Source: Chiloscyllium plagiosum
Taxonomy: Eukaryota
Length of the DNA stretch: 64,000 bases
NCBI RefSeq assembly: GCF_004010195.1
Contig: NC_057718.1
Coordinates: 57,303,023 to 57,367,022, forward strand
Direction of reading: 5' to 3'
In this document: piece by piece, positions 25,743 to 38,888 of the stretch
Numbering within the stretch: the stretch's first letter is position 1
Layout: each line of letters opens with the position of its first letter
Translations under genes and position numbers: made by a program
Notes under the pieces: model-generated
The model's input: the letters and a program-made list of their open reading frames with translations, nothing else
The model's database searches: none
What the model was told of the DNA's origin: nothing

Positions 25743-27431
25743 TGCAAATAACCACGGTCAATTATCATAAAAACCTACCTGGTCATTAATACCCTTTAAG
25801 GAAATCTGCCATCCTTACCTAGTATGTATGGTCTACCAATGACTCTGGGTGCACAGCAAAGTTAACTCCTAACGGTCCAATAATGCTGAACAAGTCACTA
25901 ATGCCCACATCCCATGAATTTTATTTTTTCTTTTAAAAAGGTCTATAACAGCAATCTGCACATGCTCAAGGCAGACTGTTCTATGTAAATAATGGTCAGT
26001 ATGCTTGAAAGCATTTTTTTTTTCACTGCTCATGCTCATCCTTTTCAACATTGCACCCTAGAGATATACCATTTGTGTCCAGCTGAGCAGAATTTGGCAA
26101 GATGAATGCCCTCCAAGTAACTTTCCAGTTTTACCTGCCATCACCACTGCCAATGAAGAGCAAGGACTCGGGTGAAAGAACCATATCTAACTCGTCTGAC
26201 CAATGTATAAAGTATTTGTAAACAAAAGTCCTTAAGGTGCTTCAACCTCAGAAGTTGATCAGCTGCTTGGAAGATTCACAGACCTTGGCTGCAGAAAACT
26301 TGAAGGTCTTAGATTGTCTCTATAAAGATGATCCTATGCATTAGTTGCATTAGTTGTTGCAAAAAGCTATCAAAAGCAACTGTTCTATTACATGTGTCAC
26401 TAATACCAAACTGTTTCACTAGGTATTTGGAAGGTTTCCATCTGATTGACACAGACAGAGAAATATTACTAATGTCCAGTGCTTTCTCCTTTGCTATTGT
26501 TCACTGGGAAATCTGTGGATATCCACCTTGGATTCTGTCCCTTTCACTAGTTTTATGGCTGTTTCTCCTGCAATGGGGGAGGAAAAGAACTGAGTGGCCT
26601 ATGATCACCTGGTAAGATTGAAAAATGAGCAGTGAAATTTCATAAGGGGAACAGTGAGTCGCTGCTCTGTATGGATAGATGGGATGTGAGGAAGTGCAGA
26701 CAAAACGGAGATGTGGTAGGCGGTAAACAGGTGTGAGGTGCAAGACTTCAGTAAGTTAGAGGCAGGTGGATGCAGTCACATGCACAAACAACTTGCCGGT
26801 GATTGTGTACTGAATTCATCAACTAGGTGATTAAAGTGTGGAAGAATAAAGATGGCTAGGCTTGGTAAGGATGGCAGATTTCACTCCATAAAAAGGACAA
26901 CAGTAAGCACTGTTTCTTTTTGTGAGAACTAATAATAGTTTCATAGTCTGTATGGTTAATTTTATGTTTATTAATAAATTTTGCCAGTTGCTATAGGAAG
27001 ATTTGAATCTACACCCCAGAGCAGAACCCTAGGCCTCCAGATTATTTATCCATGATGTTACACTATGCCTAAAGTTTCCCTTCATATGCTACAGATAGTC
27101 ATATGGAATTTACTTTAGGGTCTCTCCCTCAATACAGGTCAATACTTTAACTGTCTCGAAGTTAATAGCAGGGTTATCATGTCCGGAACTTTCCGATGAT
27201 CAATCCTTAGTTGCTCCTTTCATCTACCTGATGTATCTCAGCAAGTGTCATAGAGAGTAGATTCAGCTTTCTATGTATATTTGTAAAATTTGCTGTAACC
27301 TTTTCACCCTCAAGATCCTCCAACTGTCTGATGGCCTGCCTTATATTATAGACAAAGATTTCCTTCAGCTGAATTACAAAACTGCTATTGCTCACGGCGT
27401 CTGCCACAACCTGTTTCTCTCCTTGGCTATT

Positions 27432-28150
27432 ATAGAACATGGAACAGTACAGCACAGGTACAGGCTCTTTGGCCCATCATGTTTGTGCTGATTATGATGC
27501 CATTCTAAACTAATCCCACATGCCTGCATACATTCTGCATCCCTCTATTGCCTGCCTTTTCATGTGTCTGTCTAAATGCCTCTTAAACCTTGCTATCATA
27601 TCTGCTTCTAGTACATCCCCTGGCAGCACATTCCAGACACCCACTGCTCTCTGCATACAAAACTTTGCTTTGCAAGGTTTCCCCTCACATGTTAAAGCCA
27701 TGCTCCCTAATAGTCAACATGTCGACCCTGGGAAAAAGACTGACTATCCACGCCTCTCATCATTTTATATGCTTCTTTCAAGTTGTCCCTCAGCCTCCAA
27801 TACTCGAGTGTAAACAATTCAAGTTTGTCCACCTCTCTTTATAGCTAATACACTCCAATCCAGGCAACATTGTGGTAAACCTCTTCTACATTCTCTCCAA
27901 AGCCGCCACATCCTTCTATAGTACGGCGATCAGAACTGTACATGATGCTCCATTTACAGCTAAACTAATGTTTTATAGAGCTGCAACATAAAACTTACCA
28001 ACTTTTATACTTAAATAGCTCGACCAATGAAGGCAAGCATGCTGTAAGCCTTCTTTACCATCTTATCCACTTGGTTGCCACTTTCAGGGAGCTATGTACT
28101 TGCATCCCAAGATCTCTCTGTAAATCAATACTTCTAAGAGACCTGCCATT
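27432..28150 (-). mobile_element. CR1 3' fragment
   Basis: Minus ORF QRAVGVWNVLPGDVLEADMIARFKRHLDRHM; atagaacat tail. Confidence 0.85.
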
Positions 28151-28254
28151 ATGGTGTAAGATCTAGATTGAACAAGTGTTCTAAAAAAAAAACTGCTGGG
28201 TTAGAACCTGCAATTCAAATCAAACCCTTGCAAATGACTAAATTCACTAAGTAT

Positions 28255-28790
28255 TGAGAGTAATTTTGGGCCCCATACCTCAGGAAAAATGTACTGGCCT
28301 AGAGCAGGTGCAGAGAGGTTCACAAGAATGATCCCAGGAATGAAAGGTTCATCATATGAGGACTCCGGGACTATACTTGATAAGAGTTTAGAAGAGTGTG
28401 GGGGGGGGATATCAGATTGAAACTTTCAGAATACTGAATGGCCTGGACAGAGTGGATATTGGGAAGATGTTTCCGTTGGCAGGAGAGTTGAGGACCCGAG
28501 GCACAACTTTAGAGTAAAAGAAAACACCTTTTAGAATGGAGATAAGGAGAAACATTTTTAGCCATAGAGTGAGTGAATCTGTGAAATTCATTGACTAGCC
28601 TTCAAAGCCTTCTGTGGCATTGAGTTTATTTAAAACAGACATTGATAAATTCTTGATTGCCAAGGGGATCAAAGATAGTGGGGAGAAAGTGGGAAAATGA
28701 GGTTGAAAAATCTGTCAGCCATGATTGAATGGAGGAGCAGACTCAATTGGCCGAATGGCCTAATTTCTGCTCCTATGTCTTATGGTCTTA
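28255..28790 (+). mobile_element. CR1 3' fragment
   Basis: FWAPYLRKNVLA.EQVQR...; ends ctcctatgtcttatggtctta. Confidence 0.85.
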
Positions 28791-28829
28791 CTCTTTTCAT
28801 CTCTATTACACAGTCCATTGTCGAATGGT

Positions 28830-29120
28830 AATGTAAAGGAGAATGTCATTTGGCCAATGCTCTGTTGTTAGTTTTTTGAACTTCACTCCGTTAACTCTTC
28901 TCCTCTGGCCTATTTCCCCACAGCTTTGCAAATATATTCCCTTCAAGCCCTTATTCAAGTTTATTTTGGATGTTATTACTGAATCTGCTTCCACTAGCCT
29001 TTCAGGTAAGGCATTCCAGATCATAACAGCTAGCTGTGTAAAATAGGTATTTTGGTCTTACCACTTTTGACTCTTTTTGCAGTCACCTTAAATCTAGGTC
29101 ATCTAGCTACTGACCCTCAT
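28830..29120 (-). mobile_element. Degenerate CR1 3' fragment
   Basis: MIWNALPERLVEADSVITSKINLNK. Confidence 0.7.
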
Positions 29121-30399
29121 GCAGCAGGACAGAGTGAACTACACTTTCCCAAGGGCCTGATGTTGGGACAAATAGGGCATCTCAAGACTGCATGACATGA
29201 CAGTGAGAACAGCTTAGCAACCTTTGAGAGGCATTTCCAAATCGTTTGTCACTGAGTATTGTGACCTACTAAGAACGGGAGGTGGGTTTTTGATGCTACA
29301 GGGCCATGGAGATAGCACTTTTGGAGGCTAAGCAGCCCCACTGAGAAAGGTGGATGTTATCAAGTCAGATTGGGGGATGGTAGGGAAGCCTCAACAGTAA
29401 ACAGTTAATCAATGCTAACAGATCCACCAAGATACACGAGAAACCCATCTGCTGGATCAGGCTTGGTTGGGATTGCTGTCTTTCATACTTGTGGCCCTGT
29501 CAACAGGGTGTGGAGTCTCCTTTATGGAGGGGCTGCTGCACCAGAGGTTTTGGACAGTGAAAGTTTCTCGAGAGAAAATGCAGGAAACTGGTGGTTGTGC
29601 TTAAGATTTAATAAAATTCTTGAACGTATCAAAATCCATTGTTGCCTAATTCAATGTATGTACATGGGTCTGTTAAACCCTGATCCATTGTACCTTTCTA
29701 TTAAACTTGTCCTCTACGCTCTCCAAAGTTTTGACATTCTTCCTAAAATGTGGTGGCCATACTTGAACAAAATGCTAGAGTTGAGGCCTCATGTGTTTTA
29801 TAAAAGTTTAACAAAGCCTTCTTGCTTTTGTACTTTATTCTTTGATCAAAACAGCCAAGAATGTTGACAGTCTTTCAAATTTTCCAACCTCCTTGTATAC
29901 ATAACTTCATATTATCTGTATACTGCAGTCTAGGATATCAATATACATTAGAAATACCAGTGGTCCGATTACTAATCCCTGGGAGGTATTGCCTGCCAGT
30001 CTGTTAAAATCACTATTTGCTATACTCTATATTTTGCTCCACAGGAAATTTGCATCTATACTGTCACTAATTCTGTAGATTTGAACATTGCTATTGAGCA
30101 CATTAAGTAATTTAAGGTCAATAAGCATTACCATTTTTCTATATGCCAAAAGGATTCTACCAAGTTAGTTAGCAAAGCTGATGTTCAATTAGGAGTACAA
30201 ATTTTCAAAACGGCAGTTAAATTTTCGAAGATTATGGTCTTTAAACATTTCCTCATCAATGACATTAGGCTGAATGGCACATGTAGCTGCTGGATTTATT
30301 CCTCTCCCAAAAGTATCTCCAATCCTTCAGATTTCAGGCATTACCCTTACATTTGAGAAGGATTGTTCAGATTGGCCAGAATTTCTAACATGTTAAAAT

Positions 30400-32663
30400 T
30401 TTTTAATGTATATATTTATTGACAATATTTTTCCTTTTTGTTAACAAAAAACACAAACAGAAAGAAAGAAAAAGTTTTAAAAGTACAGAAAAGTAAGAAT
30501 GATGTCACACTATTATGTTGTAGTACTATAATGTTAACAATAAAATGCCTACTATTCTCCAAATTGTAGTTGACTCTTATTTTACTCAACTTAATTCAAA
30601 TGAGCACTAGCTCAAATTAAATAAGATAACATTTAATTTAATTAAATTACAATCCACCAAAATTAAGTTACACTACATTGTACTATATTACATTACTCCA
30701 CTCGCCGCACTACCATCAAGGCTCCCACCCACGGGAGCAACAGTGATTATACCTGTATTTACTACCTCCCCATCGAGGTCCCTGGACTGCCATACATGGC
30801 CCTCGTGACTACACAAAGGCTCTTATCAATATCGCTGACAAATCCATTTCTATATAATTTAAAAAGGGCCACCACGTCTTATAAAATTTCTCTGTTCCAT
30901 GGTGCACCATACTTATCAGGTAGTCCTGAGGGATGTGCTCCATCGCAAGTCTGTGCCACCGTACAAGACCTGGCGGCTTTTCTGATATCCAATTCATTAG
31001 GATGTCTTTCCTCGCACAGTGCATCAGAATGTTGAATAATCTCATCCCGTGCTCATCCAAAGAGGGAAGATTCGGTAGTCCTAAGAGGAGGGACACTGGA
31101 TTCCCCCTTTCAAAACTTCCACTCCCAAAATCCCCTCCGGTTCATTCCCTATGGCCCCCCCCCGCCATGGGTCTTGTGACCAGAGGCAATGCGTAAGGGT
31201 GCCAACACTGTTTTTACATTTGGGGCATTTCAGGGAAGGTCTTTTCTTAAACTTTGCTAGTCACTCAGGTGCCATATAAGCCCTATGGAAGATCATCAAT
31301 TGCATCGCTTGTGCCCGATTGCATATTGAAATCTTCTTTACATTCCCCATATGTCCTCCCACGTTTCTGATGAGATTTCTTCCCCTAACTCCTGACTCCA
31401 AATCTCACGGAATCTCTCCATATACACCCAGGCATTCCCTCTTTGCAGATGATATAAAGGTACCAACAGAGAGAGCGCCCCCAGTTCGGAGCAGTCTACG
31501 TTCTAAACCTGATTTGTAGGGCTGGTTTTCTTCTGTGTATAATCCCTAACTTGGAAATATCAGAAAAAGGACCTTATTAGGGATTTCGTACTTCTGACCT
31601 AATTGGCTAAAAGACATCCAAGTCCTCTCCGGAGAAAGTGAGGACTGCAGATGCTGGAGATCAGAGCTTAAAAATGTGTTGCTGGAAAAGCGCAGGAATC
31701 CTGAAGAAGGGCTTATGCCCAAAACGTCCATTCTCCTTCTCCTTTGCTGCCTGACCTGCTGTGCTTTTCCAGCAACACATTTTTAAGATCAAGTCCTCTC
31801 CCTCAAACAGATCTCCCAGACAGGAGATATCTTTACCCTCCCATGTTCTAAAGCCAGAGTTCATTGACCCCGGCTTGAATCCTGGAGCTCCCCCTAATGG
31901 GGTAAAGGGCACAGTCTTGAGCGAATTGCCCTCACCCTGCCACATTATCCTCCATGCTTTTACTGTATTTATAATAATTGGACTTTCACAGTGCTCAATT
32001 ACTGATCTCATCTTATCCACGAAAAGCAAGTTTATGAGGGGACACTTCACCTGCTGGGCCTCCACATCTAACCGTATCTACTTCGGGTCATTGTACACCC
32101 AATCACCTACATATGACAACAGAACGCCTATTTGATATTCCTTCAGATCTGGGAGATCCACCCCACCCATATCCTGCCGAAGCTGCAACTTGGTAAATTT
32201 AATTAAGGGGTGCCTATGGCACCAAATAAACAATCCAAGCCATTCCGCAAACCTCCGCAGCACCTCTGAGTAATAATAACGGGAGCATCCTCATAGGATA
32301 TAGCAAGCAAGGGAGAATATTCATCTTAATCAAGGCTATATGGCCAAGCCGTGATATAGGTAGTCCCTCCCATCGCTGCAAGTCCTGCTTTACCCTCTCA
32401 AACAGCTGTACATAATTAGGTCCATACAGCTGCTGGAAGCAAGGAGTAAGGAATAGTCCGAGATAGAGAAAACCTGTGATCATCGAAAGGGAGTTCCATT
32501 CCAACCTGCAATTTAGACACCTCCACCAACACCCCCACAGGCATCACTTCCGATTTTGTGAAATGTATCCTCTACCCCGGAAAGCTACCAAATAATTTAA
32601 TTTTTTGTATTAACCGGGGTATGGACTTTTCCAGGTTAGCTAGAAACAGAAGGATAACCTGCA
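30400..32663 (-). mobile_element. L1/Tx1-like LINE ORF2, 3' part and 3' UTR (decayed)
   Basis: FLYLGLFLT...DLQRWEGLPISRLGHIALIKMNILPCLLY; GGVDLPD; TEKFYKTWWPF; AATAAA near 30415. Confidence 0.85.
31631..31789. mobile_element. Short fold-back PLE mini-element nested in the L1-like LINE
   Basis: Inverted pLTR stub plus pLTR with G12-mutant hammerhead; TSD caagtcctctcc at 31619-31630 and 31790-31801. Confidence 0.88.
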
Positions 32664-34043
32664 GTTACTGCCTTTGCTGTTTGAATTCACATATCGCTGG
32701 ACACCAGAGCGCATGTGGGAAAATTAACACAGTCAAATACACAACTGATTTTGGAGGAACTGGTGGGCGAAGTTCACAACACAGAATCAGATAAGTTAAT
32801 CGTTATTTTAAGTGTGGCCTACAGAGAATCTACAGTAGTGAGTAGAGTGGGTTCTTTCTTGATTTTTTTTGGAGAGATGTCTCGTGATTAAAAACTTAAA
32901 ATATAAGCCATAACTATTAATTTAACCCGGGGCAGTGGTTGTAGAGGAATAAGACGGTCTTATTTTCTAGGTCTGTAGATTGTGAAAGATGGCATTTAAT
33001 AGAGTGATATGTACTTCTTGTCAGATGTGGGAGTTTAAAGAGAGTTTAAGGGTTACTGCGGATTATATCTGCCATAAATGCTGTTGGCTGTGAAACTTAT
33101 CAGATCGAATGGATCGATTGGAGAGACAGTTAGAAGCAATGAGGAATGTGCAACAGCAACAGTATGTGATGGATGGCAGTTATAGGAAGTGTGTGGGGGC
33201 GGGGGGAAGTCTCAGATACAGTTAAATAGATGGGTTAACTCCAGGAAAAGAAAGAGGTAAGCGCCTAGTGCAGGAGTCTTTTGTGGATATACCCATTTCA
33301 AATAGGTATGCTGTTTTGGAAAATGTAGGGGGTGATGGGTTCTCAGAGGAACATAGCACGAACAATCAAGTTTCTGAAATGGAGATTGGATCTAATGCAA
33401 TGAGGGATACATCGGGTTGCAAGAGATCAATTGTGTTAGGGGATTCTCTATTCCAAGGGACAGACAGACGCTTCTGTGGTCAGTAGCGAAAAATCAGAAT
33501 GGTGTGTTGCTTCCCTGGTGCCAGGATCTAGGACATCTCAGAGGGTGCAGAATGTTCTCACGGCGGAGAGGGGCCAGCTAGACGTCATTGTCCACATTGG
33601 AACAAATGACATAGGAAGAAAAAAAAAGGTTGAGATTCTGAAGGGAGATTACAGAGAGTTAGGCAGAAATTTAAAAAGGAGGTCCTTGAGAGTAGTAATA
33701 TCTGGATTAATCCTGGTGCTACGAGCTAGTGAGGGCAGGAATAGGATGAGAGAGCAGATGAATGCTTGGCCGAGGAGCTGGTGCATGGGAGAAGGATTCA
33801 CATTTTTGGATCATTGGAATCTCTTTTGGGTAGAATTGACCTGTACAAGAATGACAGATTGTACCTAAATTGGTAGGTGACTAATATACTTGCAGGGAAA
33901 GGGAAATTTGCTAGAGCTGCTAGGGAGGATTTAAACTAGTAAGGTGCGGGGGTGGGACCCAGGGAGATATTGAGGAAAGAGATCAATCTGAGACTGGTAC
34001 AGTTGAGAACAGAAGCGACTCAAAACAGTCAGTCAGTTCAGGC

Positions 34044-34303
34044 AGGGACAAGATAGGACTAATAAATTAAACTGCATTTATTTCAATGCAAGGGGCCTAA
34101 CAGGGAAGGCAGATGAACTCAGGGTATGGTTAGGGACTTGGGACTGGGATATCATAGCAATGACAGAAACATGAGGGACAAGATAGGACTAATAAATTAA
34201 ACTGCATTTATTTCAATGCAAGGGGCCTAACAGGGAAGGCAGATGAACTCAGCGTATGGTTAGGGACTTGGGACTGGGATATCATAGCAATGACAGAAAC
34301 ATG
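34044..34303 (+). repeat. 130 bp tandem duplication within the CR1 endonuclease start
   Basis: 34044-34173 repeated at 34174-34303 with one visible mismatch. Confidence 0.9.
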
Positions 34304-34780
34304 GCTCAGGGATGGGCAGGACTGGCAGCTTAATGTTCCAGGATACAAATAAAGGAAGGATAGAAAGCGAGGCAAGAGAGGAGGGGGAGTGGCATTTTTG
34401 CAAAGGGATAGCATTACAGCTGTGCTGAGGGAGGATATTCCCAGAAATACTTCCAGGAAGTTATTTGGGTGAAACTGAGATAAGAAAGGGATGATCACCT
34501 TATTGGGATTATATTATAGACCCCCTAATAGTAAGCGGGAAATTGAGATACAAACTTGTAAGGAGATCTCAGCTATCTGTAAGAATAATAGGGTGGTTAT
34601 GGTAGGGAATTTTAACTTTCCAAACATAAACTGGGACTGCCATAGTGTTAAGGGTTTAGATGGAGAGGAATTTGTTAAGTGTGTACAAAACAATTTTCTG
34701 ATTCAGCATGTGGATGTACCTACTAGAGAAGGTGCAAAACTTGACCTACTCTTGGGAAATAAGGCAGGGCAGGTGACTGA

Positions 34781-34976
34781 NNNNNNNNNNNNNNNNNNNN
34801 NNNNNNNNNNNNNNNNNNNNNNNNNNNNNNNNNNNNNNNNNNNNNNNNNNNNNNNNNNNNNNNNNNNNNNNNNNNNNNNNNNNNNNNNNNNNNNNNNNNN
34901 NNNNNNNNNNNNNNNNNNNNNNNNNNNNNNNNNNNNNNNNNNNNNNNNNNNNNNNNNNNNNNNNNNNNNNNNNNNN
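34781..34976. other. Assembly gap (196 N)
   Basis: Run of N. Confidence 1.
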
Positions 34977-36612
34977 TGTAGGGAAATAGATGGTGACATC
35001 TTGAAAATGTCCATATGACAGAGGAGGAAGTGCTGGATGTCTTGAAATGGGTAAAGGTGGATAAATCCCCAGGACCTAATCAGGTGTACCAAAGAACTCT
35101 GTGGGAAGCTAGAGAAGTGATTGCTGGGCCGCTTGCTGAGATATTTGTATCATCGATCGCCACAGATGAGGTGCCGGAAGACTGGAGGTTGGCTAACATG
35201 GTGTCACTGTTTAAGAAGGGTGGTAAGGACAAGCCAGGGAACTATAGACCAGTGAGCCTGACGTCAGTGGTGGGCAAGTTGGTGGAGGGAATCCTGAGGG
35301 ACAGGATGCACATGTATTTGGAAAGGCAAGGACTGATTCGGGATAGTCAACATGGCTGTGTGTGTGGGAAATCATGTCTCACAAACTTGATTGAGTTTTT
35401 TGAGGAAGTAACAAAGAGGAGTGAGGAGGGCAGAGTGGTAGATGTGATCTATGTGGACTTCAGTCAGGCGTTCGACATGGTTCCCCATGGGAGACTGATT
35501 ACCAAGGTTAGATCTCATGGAATACAGGGAGAACTAGCCATTTGGATACAGAACTGGCTCAAAAGGTAGAAGACAGAGGGTGGTGGAGGGCTGTTTTTCA
35601 GACTGGAGGCCTGCGACAAGTGGAGTGCCACAAGGATCGGTGCTGGGTCCTCTACTTTTTGTCATTTACATAAATGATTTGGATGTGAGCAAAAGAGATA
35701 CAGTTAGTAAGTTTGCAGATGATTTCAAAAGTGGAGGTGTAGTGGACAGCGAAGAGGGTTACCTCAGAATATAACAGGGTCTTGGTCAGATAGGCCAATG
35801 GGCTGAGAAGTGGCAGATGGAGTTTAAATTCAGATAAATGCGAGGTGCTGCATTTTGGGAAAGCAAATCTTAGCAGGACTTATACACGTAATGGTAAGGT
35901 CCTAGGGAATGTTGCTGAACAAAGAGACCTTGGAGTGCAGGTTCATAGCTCCTTGTAAGTAGAGTTCAGTTAGATAGGATGGTGAAGACGGTGTTTGGTA
36001 TGCTTTCCTTTATTGGTCAGAATATTGAGTACAGGTGTTGAGAGGTCATGATGCGGCTGTACAGGACATTGGTTAGGCCACTGTTGGAATATTGTGTGCA
36101 ATTCTGGTCTCCTTCCTATCAGAAAGATGTTGTGAAACTTGAAAGGGTTCAGAAAAAGATTTACAAAGATGTTGCCAAGGTTGGAGGATTTGAGCTATAG
36201 GGAGAGGCTGAACAGGGCTGTTTTCCCTGAAGCTTTGAGGCGGAGGGGTGACCTTATAGAGGTTTACAAAATTATGAGGGGCATGGATAGGGTAAATAGG
36301 CAAAGTCTTTTCCTTGGGTTCAGGGAGTCCAGAACTAGAGGGCATAGGTTTAGGGTGAGAGGGGAAAGATGTAAAAAGAGACATGCGGGGCAATTTTCTC
36401 ACGCAGAGGGTGGTATGGAATGAGCTGCCAGAGGAAGTGGTGGAGGCTGGTACAATTACAGCATTTAAAAGGCATTTGGATGGATATATGAATAGGAAGG
36501 GTTTGGAGGGATATGGGCTGGGTGCTGGCAGGTGGGACTAGATTGGGTTGGGATATGTGGTCGGCATGGACCGAAGGGTCTGTTTCCATGCTGTACATCT
36601 CTATGACTCTAT

Positions 36613-38200
36613 CTGCATAGAGAGAGAGATTTTGTGTTCCCCAGCTCCCACCTGCAGTGCCCTTATTTCAGGTCTTTTTGAATAGCCTCCGCCAGTGGCT
36701 CAATCACCAAGGTGAACAATAGCGACAAAAAGGGACATCCCGGTCGGCTGTCCCTCTCCAATTACTTGACTTAACCCCATTTGTAATAACCGCTGCCTTC
36801 GGGTTTTTATATAACTCTGCCACCCACCTAGCGAAAGCACCTCCAAGACCAAAACAATCTAAAACAGCAAAGAGACACGACCATTCCTCCTAATCAAAAG
36901 CCTTCTCAGCACCTAGGGAGACCACCAAACCTGGAATCGCCCTCTGTTGATATACACCATATTCAATACCTGCCTGATATTATTAGAGGAGCTGCGGCCC
37001 TTGATAAAACCAGTCTGGTCCTCTTTTACAATAGCGGGCAGCACATTATCAAAGGTGTTGGCTTTGAGACTGGAGAAAGTTTTAAAATCCACATTCAGCA
37101 ATGAGATGGGCCAATACAATGCGCAATCTTCGGGATCTTTCCTTTTTATAAGGATGAGGGAGGTATTAGCCGCCCTAAGAGGGTGGAAGACAGTCCTGGC
37201 TATATGAATGATTATACATCCCCAGTAGCAGTTGAACCAACATGTGTACAAACTCCTTGTAAAATTAACTTGGGAATACATCTGGACCAGGTGTCTTACC
37301 ACTCTGGAGCTGCCTTACCGCCTCCTGTACTTCCTGTACTGCTGGAGGTACATTGAAAAAGGAGGCTTGATCTGATTTATACTACGGATATCCAAATTTT
37401 CAAAAAAGATTCCATTACTGCATTTCCATTCTCATTCTCTCCAACTGGTATAACTCTGTATAGAACTCCCGAAATCTGGCATTGATCTTCCTCAGTTCAC
37501 GAGTAACATTGCCATCCCTCTCCCTGACAACACAATGAACTGCGGGGCACTCTTCTTTCTAGCTAAGTAAGCCAAGTATCTATCTGGTTTATCCCCACAT
37601 TCAAAGTCTTTTTGCTTTGCCACTCTTTGCCAATTGTGTGAGCACTGAGTTAACAGCAGCCCGGAGAGCCGTGACTTGCTGCAATTTAACCATGGTCTGG
37701 TGTAACATGTAGATTCGCCTGCCTTCAACCGGGCCTCAAGCATCCGCTGCTGCTTCCCCCTCCATCTCCTTCTCGTTGCAGAGTATGAAATAGTCACACC
37801 CCTTAAGAATGCTTTGGTGGTCTCCCAGAGCACTGACTGATTACTGGCTGTACACCGATTGACATCCCAAAAAAACCCTGAACTCCCTTCTGATAGACTG
37901 TACAAAGTTGTTGTGCTTCAACAGAAATGGATCCATGTGCTATTGCCGCAGGCCTACTCTACTACCTTTGGTCTTAACATCCAAATATACTGGCGCATGG
38001 TCCGAAATAGTTATATTCCTGAGTCTACAGGCTAACATCCAGTCCAAGCAAACCGACGGAACAAAAATCGATTCTAATGTGGCATTTGTGTGGGTTCGAG
38101 TAGAAGGTCACGTCCCTCCCATTCGGGTGGAGACACCTCCACACATCCACTAGCCCCAGCTACTTACACAAGTCCACCAAGTGCCTAGACTTTTTCTGTT
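36613..38200 (-). mobile_element. L1/Tx1-like LINE ORF2, upstream part (endonuclease end, linker, RT N-half)
   Basis: ISDHAPV; VLWETTKAFLRG; YWPISLLNVDFK; DQTGFIKGR; DAEKAFD-like; QPTGMSLF/QGCP region; ends at YAD. Confidence 0.85.
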
Positions 38201-38236
38201 TAAAAAATCTCTAAAGTTCCTCTTATTCTCAAGTCA

Positions 38237-38696
38237 ATAGGAAGGGTTTGGAGCGATATGGGTCGGGTGCTGGCAGGTGGGACTAGATTGGGTTGGGATA
38301 TCTGGTTGGATCGGCACGGTGGCACAGTGGTTAGCACTGCTGCCTCACAGCGCCTGAGACCCGGGTTCAATTCCCGCCTCAGGCGACTGACTGTGTGGAG
38401 TTTGCACGTTCTCCCCGTGTCTGCGTGGGTTTCCTCCGGGTGCTCCGGTTTCCTCCCACAGTCCAAAAGATGTGCAGGGTCAGGTGAATTGGCCACGCTA
38501 AATTGCCCGTAGTGTTAGGTAAGGGGTAAATGTAGGGGTATGGGTGGGTTTCGCTTCGGCGGGTCGGTGTGGACTTGTTGGGCCGAAGGGCCTGTTTCCA
38601 CACTGTAAAGTAATCTAATCTAATCTGTAAAGTAATCTAATCTAATCTAATCGAAGGGTCTGTTTCCGTGCTATACATCTCTACGACTCTATGACT
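38237..38696 (+). mobile_element. CR1 3' end interrupted by a SINE
   Basis: 38237-38311 and 38652-38696 join into the standard CR1 tail. Confidence 0.85.
38312..38651 (+). mobile_element. Young tRNA-derived SINE (HE1/V-SINE type)
   Basis: A box tggcacagtgg, B box ggttcaattcc, V-domain-like gtgtggagtttgcacgttctccccgtgtctgcgtgggtttcctccggg, (taatc)n tail, CpGs retained. Confidence 0.9.
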
Positions 38697-38804
38697 TCTC
38701 TGCCACCCTTCTAAATGCTTCCTCTAGGTTTGGTGTTACTGGAGTCATACCATTAGTATGTAAATGCTTTGGAACATTGTGCAAATGACGTAAATGATTT
38801 TTAC

Positions 38805-38888
38805 CAGTTTCAGCCTGAAGTTTCCTTAGGTTGTAACCACCTGGACCAACAAATCTAGCTCTTTTAGACACTGGCACCACCACAGTTT
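38805..38888 (-). CDS. PNPT1: PNPT1 exon 23 equivalent (KH GxxG loop)
   Basis: 84 nt, (E)[27 protein letters not shown](G), AG/GT. Confidence 0.96.

Larger units (their letters stand above)
32664..36612 (+). mobile_element. Near full-length CR1 LINE (ORF1 zinc finger + SGNH esterase; ORF2 APE endonuclease + RT), inactivated
   Basis: CTSCQMWE...[71 protein letters not shown]; ctctatgactctat tail; stops and frameshifts. Confidence 0.95.

Noticed and set aside
38312..38380. tRNA-like sequence with A and B boxes
   Set aside because: It is the head of a SINE with body and tandem tail, not a tRNA gene
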